A DNA stretch of 47,277 nt, filler included, from Jimgerdemannia flammicorona (lineage: Eukaryota): assembly GCA_003990765.1 (NCBI GenBank). It is 2 parts of 2 records of this genome, joined end to end, with 100 filler letters (N's around TTAATTAATTAA, not from the genome) between each part and the next. Parts side by side here need not be neighbours in the genome. Positions count along the whole stretch, not along the records: positions 23,693 to 47,277 come from RBNJ01001091.1; 1 more part is not named here. One strand, written 5' to 3'. Each line of letters begins with the position of its first letter. The stretch's first letter is position 1. Below the pieces are notes generated by a model. The model was not told the origin of the DNA and did no database searches. It worked only from the letters and a program-made list of their open reading frames with translations. The position numbers and the translations under genes were made by a program. Shown one piece after another: positions 36,697 to 47,277 of the stretch.

Positions 36697-38761
36697 TGTA
36701 AGCACACAACCTTCAAGCCACCAAAATCACACATCACCCTCTGAACAAGCCACTGAAATCACATGCGACCTCTGAACAAATCTGGAAATTACCTGCTTGA
36801 TCACGAAGCTGAGTCAAACCAAAGTCACAGTGTACAAAGCTGAGTCAATACAAAGTCACAGAATACAAGATTCATATAAACAGAATCTTACCAATCAGGA
36901 CCAAATGCATATATACCAAGCACCGAGATGTATCGAAACAGAGAACCAAAACAAACAACAACCACAACTCTTAACATACAAACATGACTACTGAGATCTA
37001 CAACTGTATCTGCATTGACATTTGGAATGTTATTATCAACTGAGCCACACCCCCTTTGCCCCTTATAAATATCCATAGCCTAGCACCCCTCTACTTCATG
37101 GAAGCCCGATGGAATGCCCTGAACATGCTTAATGAGGCCCACCAAATCAGACAAATCTCAAGCTACTATCAGATCAGCCGCCTCCTGAAAGATATGGTTA
37201 AACACCACTATGATACAGACATTACCCAGATATCTCAACACCAAAAGCTCATCACTCACAAATACAGAGAACTCTTCTACGAGTACAGCACCTTTATTCT
37301 CCACCTCTGAGTTACTACCAGTGAAATGGTTGCTACTCTGTCCTATGGCCAAATCGATGACATGATACAAGAACTCAACCACAAGTATCTCGAGTACATC
37401 CAGACCACAGACAGAACCTTTCCGCACCCCAATAACCACATCCTGCAAATGCCCCAAGTTGGATACATTATGAAGGACATCTACAATATAATCCGGTTCA
37501 ATGATGATGAAGCAGAAGACAATGATCTCTCTGACACTGACATGACCCCAAGCCAAGGATCCCTGCCAATACTAATTACACCACCAACCTTGCCAATGAA
37601 CTTACAATAGTTCATAACCACATATGAGACTTATTGGGACAATGATCACTAGTATGAATACTGACCTGCATTCACCCCCGATTACTTCAACTATAATGAA
37701 GAGACTGGAGAACACAACCTATACCTTCAGACAACCCTTGAGATTGAACCAACCACTCCACTATCCGAGTATGAGCAACATGAACCACAGCTACCAGCAT
37801 ACTATAACCCTACAACTTATAGTGCTGTAACCTACAGAAGGTACACAGACAGTGAATCTGATGAAAGTGAAGACAATGCACCACTCCTTCACCCCCCAAC
37901 ACCTTACCCAGTATATGAGACTGACGACACCATCTTATGGGATGGAGATAAAGTTCCAATGTATTATTACCTCAGCAAACAAGGAGAAGTAATCTGCAAA
38001 CCACTCTTCCTAGATGACTACTTCATTAGAGATGATGCAATTGATAGTGATGTCATCAAAGACTACCCAGACAGCATCTAAACCTAGAAATAGGTTAGCA
38101 GTCATAGTATAGTTAGATTAGCCTTGTATAATGTAACTGTGAACTAACTCAGCAGTCAGATGATCTCTTGATATGTCAGATCACTCTTATACTATATGAC
38201 TGCATTCCGACTCAGCAAGGCACTTAGTGCTACATCTATATTTAGTATAGTCCAGATAGCCCCTCACTAGTATAAATACTCCCTCCCCTAGACCTCAGAA
38301 TCTCAGACCTAAACAATCTGAACACAACTCCTGAGCACTTCCCCACAATATCCCTTCACACAACTACTCCTAGTATAGTAATATTATGAATAGCGAATAA
38401 ATCTATTTAATAACCCACAACCCACTCTTAAGTAAATCTGCTCCCCATTAGGTCCCACTTCTAACCCCATCATAAAAATTCCTAATTGGGTATTGTCTGT
38501 AGTGATATGCCAATTCAACTAAGCTGGTCTTAGTTTCTTGAACTTCCTGAAATATGGAAAATCCTGAACATCCAGAACTAGTCCAAAAAAAGGACTCTGA
38601 TTGAAACATCAACCCAAACTTGAAATCAATAAGTATAGAGGATGTACTCTATATGAAATTGATCTTGACCATAAGAAAACAGTCTCCCAGAACATCCAGA
38701 ACTTCTAGAAAAACCCCTCCAGAACTACATAATGGTTACTCTAAAAAGCAACCCTCTTACA
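36697..38761 (+). repeat. 5' LTR of element C (right end inferred)
   Basis: TGTAAG...CTTACA inverted termini, followed by TGGTAGTAGTG (38765; resembles a decayed tRNA-iMet PBS). TATAAATA at ~38271. The end cannot be confirmed because the 3' LTR is truncated. Confidence 0.7.
37065..38081 (+). pseudogene. Accessory ORF inside the LTR of element C (~338 aa); partial second copy 45647-46098
   Basis: A single frame with scattered stops. The two LTR copies complement each other: ATA 37065 vs ATG 45647, and TGA 37308 vs CGA in the 3' copy. Confidence 0.8.
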
Positions 38762-38899
38762 ACTTGGTAGTAGTGATTTACAATCCAATTCTGTTTCAAG
38801 ATACTTCTTCACTCAGCTATAAAACCCCTCTGTGAATTCCTACAAGTTAGTATCAAGCCCAACCTCTGAACTAGAATTTATTCTGAACCATCTGACAAT

Positions 38900-41800
38900 C
38901 TGAAGAGAATTGAACCTGACGTACAAGGACAATTTGACCTCTACACCTGCAATAAGTGGGACAAACTTCATTTAAAGAAAGAAGTACTCCAGTTAAACCA
39001 GCAAATAGGTGAAACCCTATTCACCGAACTCCTTGCACTACACCCAGCAAGTCAATATGAAGAAGGTCTTATAGAAGTCTTCTTTACTCTTCTCAACAAG
39101 AGTTTTGTTAGCTCCACAAATTTGAGTAATCTAGGATAACCAGCAGCAGTCTTTCTAGCCTTAGTCCCTCATGAAGCCCAAACCTCTGTAGCCAAGTGGC
39201 TCAACTCTACCAACTTTCACCATACCAGGACCAAGACTGCACTATACTACCAATTCCAGAACAGCAAGACCCACCATATCCTTAAAGAAGAAGCAAGAGA
39301 AACTCTTCATCAACTACCTGACCCTGAACCTGAAGTAGGCTCTGCTATAGCTCTACCTAAATCTGAAACCAATACCAAACCTGAACTTGACTTTGAATTA
39401 AGTCCATCTGAAATCAGATATATAACTGATTCTGTCTACTTTGATGCTGAGCAAACTCAATTACATGGAGATCAAACTGAAGAGGAGGAGGAGTATCTCA
39501 GTGAATTCGATCTCAGATATATCAGCAAAGGAGAAGCACCTCCATCAGGACAGAATATACCTACACAGTAACAAATAGCTATCTATCAAGCTCTTACTCC
39601 AGACCCACAACTACTACTCCAACAACTTACATAGACCTAAAGAACACTCTCACACTCTGCACCAGTACCTCAAGTAGTACTAGTAACACCACTACCAGTA
39701 GTCCAACTGCCTTCAGTAAACAACATGGTGAACCAACAGATTCTAGACCTCATAGCCCAAGTAGCAATAATGGCAGCAACCATTACTGCCCTAGCCGAAC
39801 AGACCTGACCTACCAAAAATCTGAGCCTACCTACCTTCAATGGTACTGCATAAGAAGTTCAAAGCTTCATTAGTATAGTAGATACCAACTTCGAAGCCAA
39901 TCAATGGACCAATGAGCAAGTTACTGACTGCATTCTGACAAACAATCAAGACCACACCCTGGAACAACTCTTTGCTACCACTACAGCCTATGTCTGCCAA
40001 GTTGTTACATTCTTCTGAGGATCTGCTGAAGAATGGTAGTGAACTCTTCCTGAAAAACCTCTCACATAGGACACCTGACCTGCAGTAGTTGTGCAGAATG
40101 CAGCAAATAACGCCCCAGGATATGGAGCCCATCCTGCAGCCCCTGGTCAAACAACTCATGATTGCTCAATACCACAGTGAAACTATGATTGCTGAATCCT
40201 GAGTAAAACTCTGCAACCTCAAATTCGATGTATATGGCAAAGAAGAATTCAAAACCTTCTGTACAAAACTCAAGTCACTCCTGAACACTGTTGACCTAGG
40301 ATATATCGCCAATGATGAAGCATGAAATGGTACAAGAGCAGACCATTTATTCGATGCCCTGCCTGAATGGCTTACTAGAAAAATCCAAGAACAAGGCCAC
40401 CCAGTTGGTTGTGATCACCAACAATGATGTCTGGCAAGAATCAAGACTATGGTCAAGCAAATCCTAACAGCTGGACCAATTCAGCTCTGAAGACAATTTA
40501 ACAATAAGGAAAAGACTTGGACCAAGAAAGAAGAACCCAAGCATGAAGTATCCCAAGCTCCCTCCACATCCACCTCTTGGACACCTAGAAATCATGAACC
40601 TGCCCAGCTGAGTATCTTCAAGAAACTCACCAAAGGAGAAAGAAATGAACTTCAAAGAAGTGGAGCATGCTTCTATTGCTGAAAGATAGGACACATGGCC
40701 AGTGTCTACCCTAACCAAAAACTCTGAACAGCAACATGAGCAACTGTTACCACTCTGCACCACCTCAACAACCTGATCACCAGAATACTAGACTTTGTCA
40801 AGTTAAGGCAAACTGCCAAGGCTCCAACCAAAGGAAGTCAAAAAGCAGCCAGATATGATCTATATGCAGCTGAAGAAGCTACAGTTTCCAACTGAGAAGT
40901 CAAGCAAGTCTATACAGGAATTAGTATCCAAATTCCTGAGGGATATGTTGGAAGAATATGCTGTTACAGTAGCCTAGCATTGAAGGGACTCTTAGTAGAA
41001 GGAGGAGTCATTGATAAGGATTATACAGGTGAAATTATTGTCCTCATCTGAAACCATAGTTGGATATCCTTCAAGATCCCTATAGGTTTCTGCATCACTC
41101 AGATCTTATTTAAAAAAATTGAGTCAACCCTGATAGTCAAGGAAGTCCCTGAACTACTATCTACCATCTGAGGATCCAAAGTATTTGGCTCATCAAACAA
41201 GGCCCAGCCCAACCTACTATGAGCAAAGAAGAACAATTCTACAAGAAGATCAAAGACAGATATGTACCAAGTGGCTGATGCCCTCATGGTATTGGAATGT
41301 ACTCTTCCCGAATGATTGATGATTGCTTCTCTTGTATCAATGAACTGGCACAAAGAAGAATCAACAGAAGGAAAGCTCCTACAACTGATATCACCACCAT
41401 TGGATCAGACAAACTACTTACACTTAAAGCTTTTGTCAACTGAGCACCTGTCAAGATTATGATAGACAGTAGTGCCTCAGACAACTTCATTAATAAAGAA
41501 ACAGCCAATAGACTCAAGGTCTTCACCTCTCCAGTACAACAAACTCAAGCAGTAGCCACAGCTGATGGAACCTCATATGTTATTAGCAAGGAAGTCCACA
41601 ACCTACCCTTCCGAATTGGTGACTATTGAGTACATATTACCTTCCAAATTGTACCACTTTCTGACAATGAGATCATCCTTAGAACCCTATGGTTGAAACA
41701 AGAGAACCCTATGATTGATTGGGTAAACTATTCTCTGACCATCAAGAAAGGATGCCATAACTTCAAACTACAAGGCAAAAAGGATACACTCAATTCTAGT

Positions 41801-44800
41801 GACCTTGGACCAAAGATCACCTACATCAACAAGCTACAACTCAAGAAATTGGCCAAGAAATGCCCTCTTTTTGCCATCTCCATCCGCCCATCCAAAGGAG
41901 AACTCAAAAACTCTGGAGAAGACTTTTCCAAAGTTGACAGCTATATCAGACCACTACTCCAGAAATTCCAAGACATATTCCCAAAGAAGCTCCCAAAGGG
42001 CCTACCTCCTAAACAAGCAGTAGACCATGCAATCAAGACTATTCCAGATGCCAAGCCAGCCTTCAAGTCAATCTACCACATGTCTCCAAGAGAAATCAAT
42101 TTACTCAAGATAGATATCAATGAACTTCTAGAACAAGGATTCATCAGGCCCAGTGTATCACCCTACAGTGCACCAGTCCTCTTTGTTGTAAAGAAAGAAG
42201 AAGACCTGAGAATGTGTATTGATTACTGTGACCTCAATGAACAGACCATCAAGAACTGTTGCCCACTACCGAGGATTGATGAAATATTTGATAGACTCAC
42301 CAACCTGCAATTTATGAGCTCTTTTGATCTGTGAAATGGTTATTGACAAATTGCTATGAAAGAAAAAGACATCTACAAGACAGCTTTCTGAACTCACTAT
42401 GGATACTTTGAGTTCCTGGTTATGCCCTTTGGCTTAACTAATGCTCCAGTAACCTTCCAGATACTGATGAATACCATTCTGCATCCATACCTAGACAAAT
42501 TTGTTGTTGTCTACATTGATGACATCCTAGTCTTCAGCAAAACCCTGGAGGAACATCTCGAACACCTTGAACTAGTACTACTGAAACTCTGAGAAAACCA
42601 ACTCTTTGCAAAACTCAGCAAGTGTGAATTCCTCCTGAAAGAAATCCAATTTCTTGGATACATTGTCATACCAAATGGAATTAAAGTAAACCCCAGCAAA
42701 ATCTCTGCAATCAAAGATTAGTCTGGACCCAAGAAGCTGAAAGACCTCCAGTCATTTCTGAGATTAGTAAACTATTATAGCAATTTGTTGCCAACTTTGC
42801 TAAAATCGCTACCGCCCTCACCCAAATGACTAAGCATAACAAGAAACAAGAACAACCCTGGACCATGAAACAAGAGAAAGACTTCAACAATCTTGTAAAT
42901 TGGGGACCCAAGCAAGATACTGCCTTTCAAGCACTAAAAGATGCCCTGATAACCACTCTAGTACTTCAAGCGGCAAATCCTGCCCTACCATATGAAGTTA
43001 CTACTGATACCTCTGACCTAGCTCTTGGAGCAGTGCTCATACAAGAAGGACACCTTGTGGCCTATCACTCCCGCAAGTTCAATGATGCTGAAATTAACTA
43101 TATAACTCATGAGAAGGAAATGCTAGCCATCATAGACACTCTGATCAAATGGTGACCATACCTAGAAGGAGCACACTTCACTGTATTGACTGATCACAAG
43201 TTACTAGTCAACATCAAGATACAGGCTACCCTCTCTTGAAAGCAAGCCAGATGGATGAAAGTCCTCACTAACTTTGACTATGAAATCCAGTACTGCCCTG
43301 GCAAGGAAAACATTATCACCAATGCAATCTCCAGGTCACCAATCGAAGAAGTTATCCAAACCCTCACCTTGGTTATAAACTCCATCATGGAACAAATTAT
43401 TGTAGCATGTACTGATGATAAGGAAGCTCAAGTACTCTGAGAAATCTTGGACAGTGATGATGCCAATAAGCATATACAGTATCATCAATACCAACTGAAG
43501 GACAATGCTATCTACTATAAGGACAGACTGTATGTCTCAAACAACTGAGACCTCTGAAGGACTATCCTATTCAAATGTCATGATGCCCCTACAGCTGGAC
43601 ATTTAGGATTTGATAAATGTTATGAAGTTATCTCCTGAAACTTCTATTGGCCCCACATGGCAGACCAGCTCAAGATCTATATCACTTCCTGTGATGCCTG
43701 CCAATGGAATAAGTCCTCAACACTAGCAAAATCTAGCCTACTCCACTCTATTCCAGTACCATCTGCTAATTGAGAACAAATATCTATAGACTTCATTGTA
43801 CAACTACCCCAAACCAAGAATGGAAAAGATGCAATTGTTGTCTTTGTAGACTATCTCAGCAAACAAGCTCACTTTGTACTAACTACCACTACTGCAACAG
43901 CACCAGATATAACTACACTCTTGTTTGACAACATTTTCTGCTATGTATCATGGTCTCCCTAAGATCATTGTTAGTGACCAAGACCCAAAATTCACCAGCC
44001 ATTTTTGGAAAGCCCTCCATACATACCTTAGAATGAAACTTGCATTATCTACAGCTTTTTACCCTGAAACTGATGGCCAAACCAAAAGAATGAACCAAAC
44101 TCTGGAATAAATGCTAAGGAACTATGTTTCCTACAGACAAGATGATTGGCATGAACACCTCACCACAGTTGAGTTTGCCTATAATAACAGCAAGCAAGCC
44201 TCCCTTAGAATGACTCCATTCTTCGCCAACACTGGACAAAACCCAAACACCTCTTTGATACTCATCTGAACTACTGAAGAACCCTCTACAGTCAAAGCTG
44301 TTGAAGAATTCCTGCTCAGAATGTGTAATCTAAGCCAGATCGCAATTGAGAATTTATCATGAGCTTAAGAACAACAGTCACAGTATGTTAACCAATACTG
44401 TCGAGAAGAAACCTTTGATATTGGAGAAAAAGTTCTACTAGACATCCAAGAATACCGAGTAGACAACCTCAAGCACAGACTATCTACAAAGCTGAACAGC
44501 AAGTTCATTGGACCATTTGAAGTTATTGTACAAGTCTCTTCAACCTCCTACAAATTGGTGTTGCTAGATACCATTAAGATTCACCCAGTCTTTAATGTCC
44601 AACATCTCAAGCAATACAATGACAATGATGATGAACTATTCTCAAACCAAACCATGGAACCACCTGCATCTGTCATTATTAATGACCAGGAAGAATACAA
44701 AGATTGAACAGATTCTCAACAAACATGGCCACAAGAACCACCCAGAATACCTTGTTAAATAGAAAGGTTACTTGATCCATAATGCAACCTGGGAACCCAA

Positions 44801-44858
44801 GACCAATCTCCAGAATGCTACTGACTTGGTTCAGGAATATGATTCCTTGAACAACTGA
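38900..44858 (+). pseudogene. Decayed gag-pol of element C (Gag, CCHC, dUTPase, protease, RT, RNase H, integrase, chromodomain); ends approximate
   Basis: LPTFNGTA (Gag); CFYC*KIGHM; IMIDSSAS (protease); [16 protein letters not shown] and YIDD (RT); HDAPTAGH...CDAC (IN); YLVK*KGYLIHNATWEP (chromodomain). Confidence 0.9.
40788..41195 (+). pseudogene. dUTPase domain in element C (between Gag knuckle and protease)
   Basis: AARYDL, YSSLA, GGVIDKDYTGEI, ITQ and *GSKVFGSS: decayed versions of the five dUTPase motifs. Confidence 0.88.
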
Positions 44859-45278
44859 AATCTGAATACTCCCATACTATTAGTACATACTATATATTAC
44901 CCTCCTGAACATTATAATTATCATGAACAAAACCAAGAATGCAGCAAGCCAAGAATACTGACCCTCTAGAAAAATAGCAAAACTGAAAGCCAGCCTATTC
45001 TCTCCATACCACTGGTGGGAAACGAGGTGTAGACATTTAAGAAGATTCCTTAGAGGAAATTCTTCAGCAGTAAATGATGTCAGAATTACTTTCAGTGCAT
45101 AGTATTGAATACAGGACCCTTTAATGTATGAATCTAATGCATTAGGCAACTGTACTATGAGCATGCCACTTTCTGAAAAAAATAGACTTTACTGGACTTT
45201 TGACCTCCCAAATGGTGTAACAACACTAGAACAAAATTAGAAGGCCCCAATGAGAACATCGAAAGCTAAGGGGAGAGT

Positions 45279-46098
45279 TGTAAGTGCACAACCTTCAAGC
45301 CACCAAAATCACACATCACCCTCTGAACAAGTCACTGATATCACATGTGACCTCTGAACAAATCTGGAAATCACCTGCTCAATCACAAAGCTGAGTCAAA
45401 CTGAAGTCACAGTGCACAAAGCTGAGTCAATACAAAGTCACAGAACACAAGATTCACATAAACAGAATCTTACCAATCAGGACCAAATGCATATATACTG
45501 AGCACTGAGACATGTCAAAACAGAGAACCAAAACAAACAATAACTATAACTCTTAATACACAAACATGACCACTGAGATCTACAACTGTATCTGCACTGA
45601 CATTTGGAATACCATTGTCAACTAAGTCACACCCCCTTTGTCCCTCATGAATATCCATAGCCTAGCACCCCTCTACTTCGTGGAAGCCTGATGGAATGTC
45701 CTGAACATGCTTAATGAGGCCCACCAGATTGGACAAATCTCAAGCTACTACCAGATCAGCTGCCTCCTGGAAGATATGGTCAAACACCACCATGATACAG
45801 ATATTACCCAGATGTCTCAACACTAAAAGCTCATCACTCGCAAACACAGAGAACTCTTCTATGAGTACAGCACCTTTATTCCCCACCTCCGAGTTACTAC
45901 CAGTGAAATGGTTGCTATCCTGTCCTATGATCAAATTGACAACATGATACAAGAACTCAACCACAAGTACCTCGAGTACATCCAGACTACAGACAGAACC
46001 TTCCTACACCCCGATGACCACATCCTGCAAATGCCCCAAGTTGGATATGCTATAAAGGACATCTATGATATAATCCAGTTTGATGATGATAAAGCAGA
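45279..46098 (+). repeat. 3' LTR of element C, truncated or interrupted at 46098
   Basis: Starts TGTAAG after the PPT. Homology to the 5' LTR stops abruptly after AAGCAGA. Confidence 0.9.
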
Positions 46099-47277
46099 CA
46101 GCTCCTTTCTCCGCTACCCTACCAGTTACAAGATTTGGTAGGCGACCTTCTGAGTCCCCTTTCCCCCAATATTACCCCCTCTACCTTGGGTTGGTTTGCT
46201 GTGCCTGCAGGGGCATGGTGGGAGGAGGGCGATGGTGATGAGTTGCCCCTTTATCAGTGTCGGATCGGTACTTCCTCCACTTTTTTGCAGATTCTGGTGC
46301 CTTCAGCTGCATCTGGGGTATACCCATTTTGGTATGGCACCTTCTTTCTTTTGCCGTCGCCAATAAGGAGTTGTCTCAGTATGTCTTGGGCTATGTAGGG
46401 AGTCGGCTGACCTTGGGCATCAAGTGCTCAGTGTAGGTTACCTGCAGGTCTTTGGTGTCTGTGGTAGGGCCCTCTGGCTTTGGCGAGCTTCCCAGTGAGC
46501 ATGGTTCTGGCATAGGTGACTGCTTTTCAGGTGTTGTCGGGATGGGAGGAGAGATGGCCATCACAGATAGGTAGAAGGGCGATTACGGTGAACCAGTTGG
46601 GTACCAGGCTGGGGGCGGTCATCGGGGCTGGGGCAGGTGCTGCTTTGGTGGGGCCTTTTGATTGGTGCGACGTGGTTAGGTGGTAGGTGTCACTATCGGC
46701 TTCTTTTGGCGGTCAGTGGGGTTGGGCCCCAGTTGTCAGGGGGGGTCAGGAGGCCTGAGACTATCCATTTCAGGTGTCTTGGCTGCACTCAATTGGAACT
46801 GGGAGCTGATATGGCAACGTGATCGAGGCCCACAGGCTTGAGTAGTGGGGTATTGGGGGTTTCCTCCCACCTCACGTATAAGTTCTTTACTCACCTCAAC
46901 TGAGAGAACCAGGCCCTACCCACCATGTTGTGCTTTGATGAGGGTTTTTTATTTGCCTGTCATTCTCTTTGGGGTAGCAGGGGCTATTCTATTCAGCTCA
47001 GGCATGGCCTTGTACATATGTTGGGTTCTCAGGCATGCGCTTTCAGTCATTGGCATATGGTTGGGTTTCCCCTGGTGGTAGGGAGAGCATGGTGCACAGA
47101 ATGAGGTATGGGCTTATTAGCCCTGCTGTGCCTGGCATGGTCGAGCTACTGGACAATAGCTAGCCTAGGTTAATGGGGGGGCAGTGCTTGGTAGGTGGTG
47201 GGGGAGGGTTTTGGCCTATATAGTCTAGGTTTCCTTCCAATAAAAATCTGTGGGACATGAGTCTATTAAACAAAAAA
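46099..47277 (+). mobile_element. Probable 5'-truncated non-LTR (L1/Tx1-like) retrotransposon remnant
   Basis: Abrupt switch to a G/T-rich strand. Decayed PSC...PETIHF..C and ALYICWVLRH resemble the ORF2 C-terminal zinc finger and WxxRN region. AATAAA at ~47239 is followed by an A-run at the window end. Confidence 0.4.

Larger units (their letters stand above)
36697..46098 (+). mobile_element. Ty3/Gypsy chromovirus C with ORF-containing ~2.07 kb LTRs and gag-dUTPase-PR-RT-RH-IN-CHD
   Basis: Direct repeats 36697-37516 and 45279-46098 (offset 8582). PPT AAGGGGAGAG lies before 45279, and the full pol domain set is present. Confidence 0.93.

Noticed and set aside
38498..38844. TGTAG...CTACA segment as a nested solo LTR or alternative end for LTR C
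   Set aside because: No target-site duplication flanks it. CTTACA at 38761 matches the TGTAAG start better and is followed by a PBS-like TGGTAG.
25326..44858. Many in-frame TGA codons suggesting selenocysteine or an alternative genetic code
   Set aside because: They fall at Arg/Trp positions, the paired LTR copy shows CGA at the same site, and TAA/TAG stops also occur. This is mutational decay.

Overview
Eukaryotic (fungal, most likely early-diverging Mucoromycota-type; inferred) DNA made of two pieces joined by an artificial N44-TTAATTAATTAA-N44 linker at 23593-23692. LEFT (1-23592) is gene-dense and CpG-rich. It holds a ~19 kb, ~65-70-intron DNA-PKcs gene (366-19580, +), EFG1 (20043-21200, -), BuGZ/ZNF207 (21359-23031, +) and the start of a divergent gene at the left edge. 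The DNA-PKcs gene has four minor-spliceosome (U12) introns (two GT-AG, two AT-AC), one GC-AG intron, and an apparent GA-AG intron at the catalytic lysine. RIGHT (23693-47277) is a CpG-depleted, transition-riddled nest of decayed retroelements. Chromovirus A sits in the 5' LTR of Ty3/Gypsy B, chromovirus C sits in the 3' LTR of B, and a probable 5'-truncated LINE sits in the 3' LTR of C. The most interesting signal is that all three distinct Gypsy elements carry an apparently homologous, uncharacterised accessory ORF (Y-x-I-G/S-x-x-L core plus acidic tail), each expressed by a different route. In A it has its own TATA promoter, in B it is coupled to a separate integrase ORF by an ATGA stop/start overlap, and in C it is embedded in a ~2 kb LTR. 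B and C also carry dUTPase at different polyprotein positions plus a shared Cys/His motif. All homology calls are by eye; no searches were run.
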